DNA of 64,000 nucleotides, taken from contig JBJKQR010000001.1 in assembly GCA_046735395.1 (NCBI GenBank), forward strand, positions 32,001 through 96,000, in the 5' to 3' direction. Position 1 is the first letter of the stretch; each line of letters begins with the position of its first letter. Source of the stretch: Fidelibacterota bacterium. GTDB lineage: Bacteria > Fidelibacterota > Fidelibacteria > Fidelibacterales > DSDE01. Shown one piece after another: positions 38,787 through 49,392 of the stretch. A model generated the notes under the pieces. That model saw only the letters and a program-made list of their open reading frames with translations. It was not told the DNA's origin and searched no databases. The translations under genes and the position numbers were made by a program.

Positions 38787-39491
38787 TTATTTCTCAAAAG
38801 TGGAAAAGTGGATAGTATTGGTGTAATAGCCTACCGGTTTATTTGCCGTGCTGACAATGCAGCGGAAATTGGCGGTTTCACCAGGTTTGATGCTAGCCAT
38901 GGAGTAGACGCCGCTGGGGAACTGAATTTCGTTCCCGACGACAAAGGCGCTGTCCGCATTAACCAGTTCGGTGCTCTCCTGAAAGAGGGAAAAAACAATG
39001 CGGACAAAATCCGCCCGCTTGTCACCGGTATTGGTGATCGTACCGGAATAGATCTTTTTATCCGCATAGGTCTGTTCCTCTATGGCGCCCTTCACACTTA
39101 GTTCGGGCGCAGCCTGTCTGATTTCCTGAATGCTGGCAATGAGTGAGCGCTCAAGCTTCAGTTCGCCGATCTGCGTCCGGAACAGGATGCGATCCATGTT
39201 TTCATCGACGATATCGCCCTGGATGAGGGTTCCGTTCTTCATCTTGATTTCATATTTCAGAACCGGTACGTCCAGGGTTTTGCGAATTTCTTCACGGATA
39301 ACCGGCATATTGACCCGATTCTGATAGCGCCGAACCTCATCCTTCAGGTCCTGAACCTCCTGTTTGAGCTGTTCCACGCTTTCTTCAACCTTGTAAAAGG
39401 ATTTATCCCCATCCGATGCCGTCTGGGCAGGAAGTACGGAGGTCAGAACCAGCATCAGAAGCGCTGTAATCTGTATTGTATTGAGTCTCAT
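38787..39491 (-). CDS. Exported hypothetical protein (coiled coil plus beta-rich domains)
   Basis: Signal peptide; overlaps the upstream gene's stop. Confidence 0.7.
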   Translation of the reverse strand: MRLNTIQITALLMLVLTSVLPAQTASDGDKSFYKVEESVEQLKQEVQDLKDEVRRYQNRVNMPVIREEIRKTLDVPVLKYEIKMKNGTLIQGDIVDENMDRILFRTQIGELKLERSLIASIQEIRQAAPELSVKGAIEEQTYADKKIYSGTITNTGDKRADFVRIVFSLFQESTELVNADSAFVVGNEIQFPSGVYSMASIKPGETANFRCIVSTANKPVGYYTNTIHFSTFEK

Positions 39492-40582
39492 TTTTCACTC
39501 CCCAGCATTTCAAGCTGATCCTTCAGGGCCAGTTTTTCCAATTTCTGCCGCAGTTCGATATTCCCGGTGGCGGCGACAGCCTCACTGAGCTGGGGCCAGT
39601 ATTGATAATCATTGAGACTGGAAAAAATATCCATCATCTGATCCAATACATCAGGCCGGTTGAATTTCAGGATGGAGGTCACGGCCTGATCTCTCAGTAT
39701 TTTTCTGAAACTGGGTGTTTTGATAATGTAAAGGAGGGAAGGAATGACGGCAGGATTGTCATAATTGGAAATGGCTTCCATGACCGTCTGCATCATTTTA
39801 TATTCACGATCCTTGTTATTCTGCATAAAATTCAGGAGTGCAAGCAGGATTTTTTCATCCTGGCCAGTCTCCAGCACATTAAAGGCGAAATCCCGGATCA
39901 TGAGATCATTGTCCGGGGTTCCCAGCAGGTCGGTCAGCGTCTGGGCCAGAGCCGGATTGTCCTTCTTGGCCAGCATCTGAATGGCCGATTCGCGGAGCTT
40001 CATATTGGCCTTCGGGTTATTAACAATGCTGATGAGAACGGGAACAACCGAATCATCACCGAATTTTCCCAGTACCCTGGTCATATTCTGATCCAGTTTC
40101 AGATAGGCTTCCTGACTGCGCTCATACATATCCAGAAAATTTGCGATCCGGTTCGGATCCGCACTGGCGTATAAAATATCCAGAATCCGGTTCTGAACTT
40201 CCATATGATAAGTCAGATAGGTCATATAGACACGCATGAGCAGGGGCGTGAAGGCAGGGTCCTTGAGCTGAAGCAGAGCTTCCAGCATCATTTTGACTTC
40301 CTCCGGCTTCAGAGTCAGCGCCTGATTGTCCAGAAGTTTGGAAATCAACTGACTTCCGGCAGGGTCCTTTGTGAGGATAATATACTTCAGGGCAGTAAGG
40401 CGGGTATTTTCCGGAAGTTTCTCATCATGATAAGTGGCAACCAGTTTATCGATATTTTTGATTTTACCGTTCTGATAGCGATTGTAATAGCGTTCAAAAT
40501 CCGGCTGAGTCTTGATGACCGAACTCATGAAACAGGAGGAGAAAAGAAAGAGAAAACAGAGCAGACACAGTTTTTTTATCAT
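39488..40582 (-). CDS. HEAT-repeat-like lipoprotein
   Basis: Lipobox FSSC; repeats VVPVLISIV...LRESAIQML and VIPSLLYII...LRDQAV. Confidence 0.7.
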   Translation of the reverse strand: MIKKLCLLCFLFLFSSCFMSSVIKTQPDFERYYNRYQNGKIKNIDKLVATYHDEKLPENTRLTALKYIILTKDPAGSQLISKLLDNQALTLKPEEVKMMLEALLQLKDPAFTPLLMRVYMTYLTYHMEVQNRILDILYASADPNRIANFLDMYERSQEAYLKLDQNMTRVLGKFGDDSVVPVLISIVNNPKANMKLRESAIQMLAKKDNPALAQTLTDLLGTPDNDLMIRDFAFNVLETGQDEKILLALLNFMQNNKDREYKMMQTVMEAISNYDNPAVIPSLLYIIKTPSFRKILRDQAVTSILKFNRPDVLDQMMDIFSSLNDYQYWPQLSEAVAATGNIELRQKLEKLALKDQLEMLGSEK

Positions 40583-40605
40583 AGGGCCCCTTCCTTTCGG
40601 AGTGT

Positions 40606-41670
40606 CTAATTCTTTGTTTTGCTGCTGGCGGATTTGTCAACGGGAGGACGTGACGAGAAGGTGGATGCCACCAGTTCCATCTGTCTCAGGTACACATTCT
40701 TGTATTCCCCGGGTGCCCAGAGTGACAGATCAATAAAAAAGATACGGTTGCTGATTCCATCATAAAAGTAGAATACGGAAAAGGGGCCGCCCATTGTTTT
40801 CGTCTTGTGCGCCCAGAGTCCGCGAAGATTATTTACAAACAGATCATCCCAATACATATTCCGGGTGGTCACGTACTGTTTTTCGATATACGTATCCTCA
40901 ACAATCTGATTGGCCATCCAGGATCGGGTACTCCAGGCCCATTCCTTGTTGAGAAGGGACTGGATACCGCCTTCACGCCAGTAGATGGTTATCCAGCGGT
41001 AGGGGTTGGCCTTGCCCAGCTGAATGACATGCCGCGACGGATCCTTCATCACGATCTTATAATCATTGGGTATTCGTAGCGAAAACCCGTATTTATCCAT
41101 CAGTTCATTCTCCAGCTCCGTTTCCTCGGCCTTATAGTAGAGCTGGTCCATCTGATTATCTATGAAGCTCTTGTCGATGGCCAGATAGATGCGATCCCGG
41201 TTCTTTATAATGAAGTCCTTCAGCTTTTCGCGGGTCGGCGCCGCGATGATCATCATCAGCTGCCGTCTGGCCCAATGGTCGCTGATCGTGAACATGTATT
41301 CCCGGTCATTTTCAATAAACTGCAGAGCCGTGGGTGAAATCAGCTGGCGGACAAAGGCGGAAGTCTTGTCGTTTTGGTCGAGGCTGGTTATCAGGCAAAT
41401 GTTTTTATTATACTTATAATTACTGAAATCCTTCGTATTCACCCGGTCAAAAAAGAAGATCTTCTCTTCCTGAGGTGTCCGCACTTTGTACTCCACTGCA
41501 GACCTGAGCGTATCTTCGATGATATTCCAGGTGCCTTCATCACAGAGAGTGATGATCCGTTCGTCACGGCCCATGGAAAATTTCTTGTAATCTCCACAGC
41601 TGCTGAGCAGAACAAGACTGCTTAGGAATATCAATGTAGCTTTCAAATTCCGCATCCTCCTCTCTGGCAA
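40606..41670 (-). CDS. DUF4837-like lipoprotein
   Basis: Lipobox LSSC; TPQEE..F, D.WA..Q, RGLW......GGPF, K..Y.RQ.E; start may be ATG 41655. Confidence 0.7.
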   Translation of the reverse strand: MPERRMRNLKATLIFLSSLVLLSSCGDYKKFSMGRDERIITLCDEGTWNIIEDTLRSAVEYKVRTPQEEKIFFFDRVNTKDFSNYKYNKNICLITSLDQNDKTSAFVRQLISPTALQFIENDREYMFTISDHWARRQLMMIIAAPTREKLKDFIIKNRDRIYLAIDKSFIDNQMDQLYYKAEETELENELMDKYGFSLRIPNDYKIVMKDPSRHVIQLGKANPYRWITIYWREGGIQSLLNKEWAWSTRSWMANQIVEDTYIEKQYVTTRNMYWDDLFVNNLRGLWAHKTKTMGGPFSVFYFYDGISNRIFFIDLSLWAPGEYKNVYLRQMELVASTFSSRPPVDKSASSKTKN

Positions 41671-41722
41671 CTTTCGTTTATGGGATAAGTTAAGAAAGTC
41701 TCAGATAAAAACAATTCAATTG

Positions 41723-43534
41723 TCAGTCCGGCAGGGATAAAAAAAGCCGTGCCGATCGGGCCGGGATCGTGTAGGATTCGGCATTGCGGGCCTGGTTCAT
41801 ATCTTGTAGGCAATCGATGAAACTCTCATCATTCCGGCTTCTGAAAAGACGGTTGCTTCCCTGCCTGGGCTTCAGGCTCTGGTTATAAATCATCAGGAGG
41901 CGTCGTACGGATGTGCTTCGTTCCACGACATATACCGAATCACCCGCCATCCAGTGCGTCATGGGTGTCGCAAACAGCGCCGGGAAGTCCTGCCTGAGAG
42001 AATGAAGTTTCAGGATATGATGATATATGCGGTTTTCGCTGTCCCGGCGGCCAACGTCCGTGAATGCATCGTGATCTGCCTGTGAAAACCCTCCGGGAAA
42101 TTCGCGCCGGTTATCCGGATCCGCGGCGCCGGGAAGGCCGATTTCATCACCGTAATAGAGCATGGGAATTCCCCGGATACTGTAGAGAATAGTGAGGGCA
42201 TTCAGATAGGTATCCGGAGTGATTTCTTCCGAAATGAAACGTCCCAGGTCATGATTATCCAGGAAGATGAGAAGTGAATTGGGATCCTTGAAGATATAAT
42301 CCTGTCCGAGGCGGTCATGAAATGCACGCAGGGACATCTGGCCTTTCATCAGGGATTTGAGGGCCGTGGAGAGGGGAAAATCCGTCACAGATCTCAGGGC
42401 GTTTTCCAGACGGGGTGAATCGGAAAAAAACCAGGATAAGGTTACCGGATCATTGACCCAGATTTCGCCCAGAATGAAAAGTCCCGGATATTCTCTCCGC
42501 AGGGCCGCTGCCCAGTTACGCATGCCGGTCTGATCTGAATAGGGCCAGGTGTCCTGGCGAATCCCATCCAGAGACGCTGTCTGTATCCACCAGAGCGCAT
42601 GCTGAATATAGTAGCGCTGTACATCCGGATCTGCCATATTCATATCGGGGAGATATCCGGCAAACCATCCGCTCTGCGTATAGGTCCGGGCTTCCGGAAG
42701 CCCCCATTCATCGGTTACAGCTGAAATGTCATAGTCACAGTCGTGATAGGAGTCTGCAGACCCGTTGAGCCAGCCGGCTCCCGGAGGATCGGCAGCAATG
42801 GGATGGGAGGGGGAAATATGATTGACAATATGGTCCTGAATCATTCGGATACCGGCAGCATGACAGGCCGCGATCAGCTTGAGATAAAGCTGCATATCGC
42901 CCAGATGAGGATCTACCGCATAGAGGTCGGAGGGAGTGTAACCATGATAGGCAAAGCGGTAATTATTTTCATATACCGGTGTGAGCCAGAGAGCTGTAAC
43001 GCCGCTCTGCTCCAGATAGGATAAATGATTGAGAATTCCCTGAAGGTCGCCGCCGTGCCGGCCCCAGAGAAGGCTTTTGTCCACATTATCCGGATTGCCG
43101 GGGATTCGGTTGTTCAGGCTGTCACCATCCGAAAAACGGTCCGGCATGATGAGGTACATGATATCTGAACTGTTCAGTCCCAGCGGTTGATACTTGCTCG
43201 CGGATCGGATGTCGTAGGACCGGCTGATCTGAGGGCTGCCATCCTTCTGGCGAAAATAGAGAGAGGCCTGCCCGCTGTGCCGGACTCTGCATTGGATCGT
43301 GATAAAATTACCCTGAGCGCTGACAGACCAGGACAGCACTTTCAGGTGACGGGAACAGCTGATGTCATTCACCTGGTCCAGATGCGCTCCGTACACGAGC
43401 AGCATGAGACTGTCATTTTCAAAACATGAATACCAGAAGGGAGGCTCGAATTTTTCAATTTTCGCTTCCGCGCCAAACAGGCTTGAAACCAAATAAAAGA
43501 CAGCGACGATGAAAGTCGTTTTCTTCAGTAACAT
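41723..43534 (-). CDS. GH13 alpha-amylase / cyclomaltodextrinase family, exported
   Basis: YLIMPDRF, GGDLQG, YHGY, DGIRQDT, GEIW, FLDNHD, YYGDEIG. Confidence 0.92.
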   Translation of the reverse strand: MLLKKTTFIVAVFYLVSSLFGAEAKIEKFEPPFWYSCFENDSLMLLVYGAHLDQVNDISCSRHLKVLSWSVSAQGNFITIQCRVRHSGQASLYFRQKDGSPQISRSYDIRSASKYQPLGLNSSDIMYLIMPDRFSDGDSLNNRIPGNPDNVDKSLLWGRHGGDLQGILNHLSYLEQSGVTALWLTPVYENNYRFAYHGYTPSDLYAVDPHLGDMQLYLKLIAACHAAGIRMIQDHIVNHISPSHPIAADPPGAGWLNGSADSYHDCDYDISAVTDEWGLPEARTYTQSGWFAGYLPDMNMADPDVQRYYIQHALWWIQTASLDGIRQDTWPYSDQTGMRNWAAALRREYPGLFILGEIWVNDPVTLSWFFSDSPRLENALRSVTDFPLSTALKSLMKGQMSLRAFHDRLGQDYIFKDPNSLLIFLDNHDLGRFISEEITPDTYLNALTILYSIRGIPMLYYGDEIGLPGAADPDNRREFPGGFSQADHDAFTDVGRRDSENRIYHHILKLHSLRQDFPALFATPMTHWMAGDSVYVVERSTSVRRLLMIYNQSLKPRQGSNRLFRSRNDESFIDCLQDMNQARNAESYTIPARSARLFLSLPD

Positions 43535-43555
43535 GTTCTGATTATCCGTACTGAT

Positions 43556-43581
43556 AAAAAAAAAGCGGGGATTAACCCCGC
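43556..43581 (-). terminator. Rho-independent terminator after trxA
   Basis: GCGGGG-ATTAA-CCCCGC preceded by an A9 run on + (T-run on -). Confidence 0.8.
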
Positions 43582-43587
43582 CTTGAT

Positions 43588-43914
43588 TTACAGGATTTCC
43601 TGAATTTTTTCCTTGATGACCGATTTCGGTACGGCACCGATAATCTGGTTGACGACCGTACCCGCCTTAAAAAACAGCAGAGTGGGGATAGAGCGGACGC
43701 CATATTGTCCGGCAATCTGCGGATTGCTGTCAACATCCAGCTTCGCGATCTTGATCTTGCCGTCAAATTCATCGGAAAGATCGAGCAGGGACGGAGCGAT
43801 CATACGGCAGGGCATGCACCATTCCGCCCAGAAATCGACAAGCACAGGGACATCGCTTTTCAGAACTTCTTCCTCGAAGCCGCTGTCCGATGTGTGTATA
43901 ACTTTGTCAGTCAT
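43588..43914 (-). CDS. trxA: Thioredoxin
   Basis: VLVDFWAEWCMPC, VRSIPTL. Confidence 0.95.
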   Translation of the reverse strand: MTDKVIHTSDSGFEEEVLKSDVPVLVDFWAEWCMPCRMIAPSLLDLSDEFDGKIKIAKLDVDSNPQIAGQYGVRSIPTLLFFKAGTVVNQIIGAVPKSVIKEKIQEIL

Positions 43915-44081
43915 TCAAACTCCTTTAATTTAACGGCAAATATTACAAAATATTTGAAGGAATGAACAGACTTTAATAGGAGAGTGGGGGAAAAAACAAG
44001 GGGCTGAATTATGGATGAAATTATTCGGAAAATCCGGGGCAGACATACGAGCTGCCGAGACAAGGAAGGGACCGGGGTGCA

Positions 44082-45326
44082 TCAATCACCCTTTTTCAGC
44101 CAGTGAATGATTTCGGGGAGGGTAATGCGTTTTCCGGTGATGAGAATGGCCGTCCGGAAAATACGGGCGCTGATAAATATGGTGATGCTCAGCCAGCCGA
44201 CGAGCCAGAGAAAGACGAGACTGTTCAGCAGCGGAGATACAGAGAACAGGCCGTTGCGGATGATCATGAGAAAGGGTGTGAACAGAGGAAACCAGGTGAG
44301 AATCTGAGTCAGAAGTGTATCCGAATTTCCGATGATATAGGGTGTGAAATAGATGGGGACAATAAGAAAGAGTGTGAGAAAGCCGGACATCTGCTGTGCA
44401 TCGCGTTCATTATCAAAAAGTGATCCGAGGGTAATGATGATTCCGGAATAGAGGAAATATCCGGCAATGAAAAAGAGCAGGTACCAGATGCTTTTCCCGA
44501 TGCTCAGACTGGCGCTGGCAAAAATATTCAGATGCAGTACCGGTTCCGAAACCAGGAACATGACCAGAAGGTAAAAAACCAGCTGGGTAAGGCCCACGCA
44601 GCCCATGCCGAGAATTTTTCCGGCCATCAGTTCGCGGGGACGAACTCCGGTAAGAAGGATTTCCACAATGCGGCTGCTGCGCTCCTCAATGACTGAGGAA
44701 ATCAGTGCCTGAGCGCTGGTGATGAGGCCGATGAGCAGAACAAAAACAAAAATGAAGGGAGGAATATATTTCAGTTCGGAGGCCGTCGAATCCACATCCC
44801 CTTTTTCATTGATGATAAATTCGGACCAGGCGCTGGTCTGACGGAGATAATTCAGTTTATCCTCGGAAATACCCAGATCGTGGAGCCGTTCACGCTGAAG
44901 CAGCGTATTGAAAAATCGCCGGGACCGCTGTATATCGTCATTTCCAAGTTCGGATGAATAATAGGATATTTTTGCATTCTGATAGAAGGAATCGGAGGGC
45001 ACGATGACCGCATCGAAACTGCCGCTGAGGATGAGCTCACGGATGCTTGTATCCGCAGAATCCGTCTTGTTCAGGCGCAGGTAGGAAATGTTTTTATCGC
45101 CGTTATTCTCATGGGAAATCGCAATCAGTGCCGAAACCATGCTGGTATCATTGCTCATCACAGCAATGGTCCGCTGTTCTCCGGGAGATTTCACAGCCAG
45201 ATACTGGGGAACCACCGAAATAGCGATGGCGAGGAAGGGAATCACCAGAGTGATGATGAAGGCTTTGCTGCGGACGCGGCGCAGGTATTCCCACTGCAGG
45301 ATGGCCAGTACCTTATTCATGCGCAT
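44082..45326 (-). CDS. ABC-2 permease (NatB-like)
   Basis: EY.RRV.SK.F, IEERSSRIVEILL...P.ELM.GK..G. Confidence 0.9.
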   Translation of the reverse strand: MRMNKVLAILQWEYLRRVRSKAFIITLVIPFLAIAISVVPQYLAVKSPGEQRTIAVMSNDTSMVSALIAISHENNGDKNISYLRLNKTDSADTSIRELILSGSFDAVIVPSDSFYQNAKISYYSSELGNDDIQRSRRFFNTLLQRERLHDLGISEDKLNYLRQTSAWSEFIINEKGDVDSTASELKYIPPFIFVFVLLIGLITSAQALISSVIEERSSRIVEILLTGVRPRELMAGKILGMGCVGLTQLVFYLLVMFLVSEPVLHLNIFASASLSIGKSIWYLLFFIAGYFLYSGIIITLGSLFDNERDAQQMSGFLTLFLIVPIYFTPYIIGNSDTLLTQILTWFPLFTPFLMIIRNGLFSVSPLLNSLVFLWLVGWLSITIFISARIFRTAILITGKRITLPEIIHWLKKGD

Positions 45327-46206
45327 CTCCCCGGGTGAGGCGGATGAATATTTCTTCCAGGCCGCTTTCTTCCTTATTGAAGCTCTGCAGCCGGCCCCGG
45401 GTATTCAGCAGCGAGATGACATTCTGCAGGGTATCACCGGACTTCAGGTCACCGCGCAGCACCCCCGCATCGTAGCTTTGATTCTCCAGCAGATCCTCCG
45501 GAACAGGGCCATCCGGAAATTCGACCCTGAAAATCAGCCGGTCCGAGGAATAGGACTTTTTCAGTTCATCCAGCGGAGAGTCCACAAAAAGCCGTCCCTG
45601 ATGGATGAGGCAGATGTGATCACAGAGCTTCTCCGCAATTTCCAGCTGATGGGTGCTGAGCAGAATGCCCTTGCCATGGCCCACATATTCCCTGAGCACT
45701 TCCCGGACAATGAGCTGATTTGCCGGGTCAAGGCCCGTGAAGGGTTCATCCAGAATCAGGTACTCCGGATCGGGCATAAAGGCGAGAATCAATTGTATCT
45801 TCTGCTGATTTCCTTTGCTCAGTTCCTTTATTTTGCTTTTTTCCCGCCCTGATAGCTGAAATCTCTCAAGCCAGTAGCCGGCCCGGCGCGTAAAATCCTG
45901 ACCCGAAATGCCCCGCAGCCGTGCAAAATATCTCAGAGTTTCCAGAACTTCGGATTTCTGATAAATGCCCCGTTCTTCAGGCAGGTAGCCCGGCAGCTGG
46001 CTGATATCCCGGAACGGTTCCCCGTCATAGAGAATGGTTCCACTGTCGGCTTTGATGATATTCATGATCATCCGGATCGTGGTGGTCTTGCCGGCGCCGT
46101 TCGGTCCCAGAAGGCCGGTGACCTTCTCCTGACCGATGCAGAAACTCAGGTCCCGAACAGCATCAATGCCTGTAAAGCTTTTCCTAACGCTCTTTAAACA
46201 TAACAT
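45313..46206 (-). CDS. ABC transporter ATP-binding protein (NatA-like)
   Basis: GPNGAGKT, GYLPEERG, LSKGNQQ, ILDEPF.GLD. Confidence 0.93.
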   Translation of the reverse strand: MLCLKSVRKSFTGIDAVRDLSFCIGQEKVTGLLGPNGAGKTTTIRMIMNIIKADSGTILYDGEPFRDISQLPGYLPEERGIYQKSEVLETLRYFARLRGISGQDFTRRAGYWLERFQLSGREKSKIKELSKGNQQKIQLILAFMPDPEYLILDEPFTGLDPANQLIVREVLREYVGHGKGILLSTHQLEIAEKLCDHICLIHQGRLFVDSPLDELKKSYSSDRLIFRVEFPDGPVPEDLLENQSYDAGVLRGDLKSGDTLQNVISLLNTRGRLQSFNKEESGLEEIFIRLTRGDAHE

Positions 46207-46366
46207 GGCCTAATATAAATCCGGTCCGGGACGAATTCTACATGAAAAACAATTTGATTCTGAATTCCTGATAAAAAATATCAGCTGACGCGCTGAAGCC
46301 GGTCAATCAATCTGTCGGGACAGGCCATTAATTATGCTGAAAAAAAAGAGAATGTATTAATGAAGG

Positions 46367-46924
46367 TCAGGTGGTCTCAGAATCCGTATTACCCACGTTC
46401 TCTGCGGCGGTTGCGTCACTTGCCGCAGTCTGCTGAGCTTCACCGGACGTGTAGGATGCAATGGCTTCATTCAGTTGCTGTAATTTATCGAAATATTCCA
46501 TGTGCATGCTCACACGGTCCTCCAATGCCTTTGCATCCCCTGAAGTGGCCTGAACTCCCTTGGTCTGCAGTGTCTGCATTTCGGTGACAGCCACGAGCTT
46601 CAGAAACTGATTCATAGTGCGTCCGTCAATCTGCGGTTTGTTCGTATTGCCCATGAGAACGGAAATCTGGGCTGTATTCCAGATTTGATCCAGAAGACGG
46701 TTTTTATCATCACTGCCGAGGGGGGACAGTTTCAGACGGTCAATCACCAGCTGCAGATTCCCGTCCCGGCTCTTCATGGTGGGCTCGCTTTCCGGGTATA
46801 GTGCCGTCTGGAGCGTATCATTACTTTTCAGTTTCAGTAATTCCTGAATCAGCTCCACATCAGCCGGCCCCTGCTTAAAAGCCCAATTCTGGTAAACGGT
46901 GATAATGTTGGCCGCTTCTGTCAT
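46367..46924 (-). CDS. Hypothetical helical protein
   Basis: Long ORF; plausible start at MTEAANII (approximate); no recognised motif. Confidence 0.55.
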   Translation of the reverse strand: MTEAANIITVYQNWAFKQGPADVELIQELLKLKSNDTLQTALYPESEPTMKSRDGNLQLVIDRLKLSPLGSDDKNRLLDQIWNTAQISVLMGNTNKPQIDGRTMNQFLKLVAVTEMQTLQTKGVQATSGDAKALEDRVSMHMEYFDKLQQLNEAIASYTSGEAQQTAASDATAAENVGNTDSETT

Positions 46925-47171
46925 ACTCTTATTATCGGAGAATTCACTGAAAAAATTAGCATAATACCTGAAAATGCTATATAAAACAGGGTATTGTGGA
47001 ATATTCGATAATTTATATGACAATTCATATTGGATGACGCAGGTTAATAGGGCCGGGGCAGATAGAAAAAGCGATGAAATCACGTGTAATAATATGTAAA
47101 TTCGGGGCGTATGAGTCGTGGTACAGATTCAGAAAAATGAAAATAATTGATGGATACAGGAGACGTGAATA

Positions 47172-49178
47172 ATGAGTAAAGCAGACATTAAACGGGCAGC
47201 AGATACAATTCGGCTATTAGCCGCAGACATGATACAGAAGGCAAACAGCGGACATCCGGGCCTGCCCATGGGAATGGCTGACACGGCGGCGGTGCTGTGG
47301 ACAAAATTTTACCGTCACAACCCGGAGGATCCGACCTGGATGGGCCGGGACCGTTTTATCCTGTCTCCGGGCCATGGATCTGCCATGCTCTACGCGCTGC
47401 TGCATCTGGCCGGTTATCCCCTGACGCTGGAGGATCTGAAAGGATTCCGTCAATGGAGTACTCTGACGCCGGGGCATCCTGAATACGGTCATACAAGCGG
47501 CGTGGAAGTGACCACAGGGCCCTTGGGTCAGGGCTTTGCCAATGGTGTGGGTATGGCCATGGCCGCCCGTAAACTGGCTGCGGATCTGAAAAGCGCAGAT
47601 TCAGGCCTGCTTCCGGAACTTCCCCGGATCTGGGCCATCGTGTCGGATGGGGACATGATGGAAGGCATCACACATGAAGCCGCGTCCCTGGCCGGACATC
47701 TGAAGCTCGACAATATGATCTATATTTACGATAAGAATAATATCTCCATTGAGGGCGATACGGATATGGCCTTCACCGAATCCGTTGAACAGCGCTTCCA
47801 GGCTTATGGCTGGCATACACTCGGTATGGATGCGCATGATTTTGATGACATTGAGAAGACACTCGCTGCGGCTCTTGAACTGAAAGGTGCTCCGGTGCTG
47901 ATCATCGCCCGCTCACACATCGGGTTCGGTTCACCGAATAAGCACGACACGGCCGGAGTTCATGGCGCTCCTTTGGGCGCTGAGGAACTGGCTCTTACCA
48001 AAAAGAATCTCGGTTTTGATGAAACCCGGTCTTTTCAGGTTCCAGCTGAAGTGAGAACCTTGTTCGGGGAACGTCTGACTGTATTGAAGGAAAACTATAA
48101 TCGGTGGCAGGATGACTACGCAAAATTCAGACAGAAAAGTCCCGAGCTGGCGAAGCATTTTGATGCGGAGGCAAGCCTCACCATTCCAACTGATCTCTTC
48201 CTGAGCTTTCAGCAGGCGGTCTCGGGTACAAAAATGGCATCGCGGAAATCTTCCGGAAATATGCTGCAGATTGCCGCGGAGAAGGTGCCTGCCCTCTGGG
48301 GAGGATCGGCGGATCTTGCGCCTTCAAACAATACGCTTCTAAAGGCCTATCCCTATATTGACGCGTCAGATTTCAGCGGCAGAAATATTCATTTCGGTAT
48401 CCGTGAACACGCCATGGGAGCCATTTCAAACGGTATTGCTCTGTTCGGGCTTCATATCCCCTTTGATGCGACCTTTCTCGTTTTTGCCGATTATATGCGG
48501 CCGTCCCTGAGGCTCGCGGCCATGATGAAGCTCCGGACCATTCATGTCTTTACCCATGACAGTATATATGTGGGGGAGGATGGACCGACCCATCAGCCTG
48601 TGGAGCAGACTGCTGCGCTGCGGCTGATTCCGGGCCTGACTGTGATCCGGCCTGCCGATGAAATCGAAACCGCGGCAGCCTGGCATACGGCATTGACCCA
48701 CAAGAACGGGCCGACCTGTCTGATTCTGTCCCGCCAGTCCATTCCCACCGTTGATCGCGAAAAAGCCTTTTCGCTTGAGGAATTTGAAAAAGGTGCCTAC
48801 TGCGTCCATGGCATGAATCTGAAAAATCCTGATATCGTGCTGCTCAGTTCCGGTTCCGAGCTTCCCGTTGCCCTGGAGGCGATCCGGAAAAGCGGCCTGG
48901 AAGACAGAGTACGTCTGCTGGCGGTCCCGTCTCTGGAATTGTTCCGAAATGCGCCCGAATTCTACCGCAAATCCCTGATTCCCGACTCGGTTCCGCTTAC
49001 CGTCTCCTTTGAGGCAGGTCCGGCCGGATCCTATTACGAATTTGCGCCCCGGGGCTTCCGGCATATCGGACTGGACCGTTTCGGAGCCTCGGCGCCGGCT
49101 GAAGAACTTCAGAAACGCTTCGGACTGGATGCGGACACGGTGGCGAAACATTTAAGCAAATACATCAGGGAGATTTAA
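47172..49178 (+). CDS. tkt: Transketolase
   Basis: SGHPGLPMG, TPGHPE, TGPLGQG, GDMMEG, GIREHAM, THDS...GEDGPTHQP. Confidence 0.97.
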   Translation: MSKADIKRAADTIRLLAADMIQKANSGHPGLPMGMADTAAVLWTKFYRHNPEDPTWMGRDRFILSPGHGSAMLYALLHLAGYPLTLEDLKGFRQWSTLTPGHPEYGHTSGVEVTTGPLGQGFANGVGMAMAARKLAADLKSADSGLLPELPRIWAIVSDGDMMEGITHEAASLAGHLKLDNMIYIYDKNNISIEGDTDMAFTESVEQRFQAYGWHTLGMDAHDFDDIEKTLAAALELKGAPVLIIARSHIGFGSPNKHDTAGVHGAPLGAEELALTKKNLGFDETRSFQVPAEVRTLFGERLTVLKENYNRWQDDYAKFRQKSPELAKHFDAEASLTIPTDLFLSFQQAVSGTKMASRKSSGNMLQIAAEKVPALWGGSADLAPSNNTLLKAYPYIDASDFSGRNIHFGIREHAMGAISNGIALFGLHIPFDATFLVFADYMRPSLRLAAMMKLRTIHVFTHDSIYVGEDGPTHQPVEQTAALRLIPGLTVIRPADEIETAAAWHTALTHKNGPTCLILSRQSIPTVDREKAFSLEEFEKGAYCVHGMNLKNPDIVLLSSGSELPVALEAIRKSGLEDRVRLLAVPSLELFRNAPEFYRKSLIPDSVPLTVSFEAGPAGSYYEFAPRGFRHIGLDRFGASAPAEELQKRFGLDADTVAKHLSKYIREI

Positions 49179-49181
49179 ATC

Positions 49182-49391
49182 ATGGAATATTTCAATTACA
49201 AATGTCCGAAATGCGGTTTTACGGAATACGAACAGGATGAGATGCGAAGCACGGGCGGGCCGCTGGCCAAGATATTTGATGTGCAGAATAAAAAATTCAC
49301 AACCATCAGCTGCGCCCGCTGCAAATACACAGAATTCTACAAGATGAAGTCGTCCACCTTCGGCAACGTCATCGATTTCTTTACAAACTGA
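49182..49391 (+). CDS. Small zinc-ribbon protein
   Basis: CPKCG...KIFDVQNKKF..ISCARCKYTEFY. Confidence 0.8.
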   Translation: MEYFNYKCPKCGFTEYEQDEMRSTGGPLAKIFDVQNKKFTTISCARCKYTEFYKMKSSTFGNVIDFFTN

Positions 49392-49392
49392 T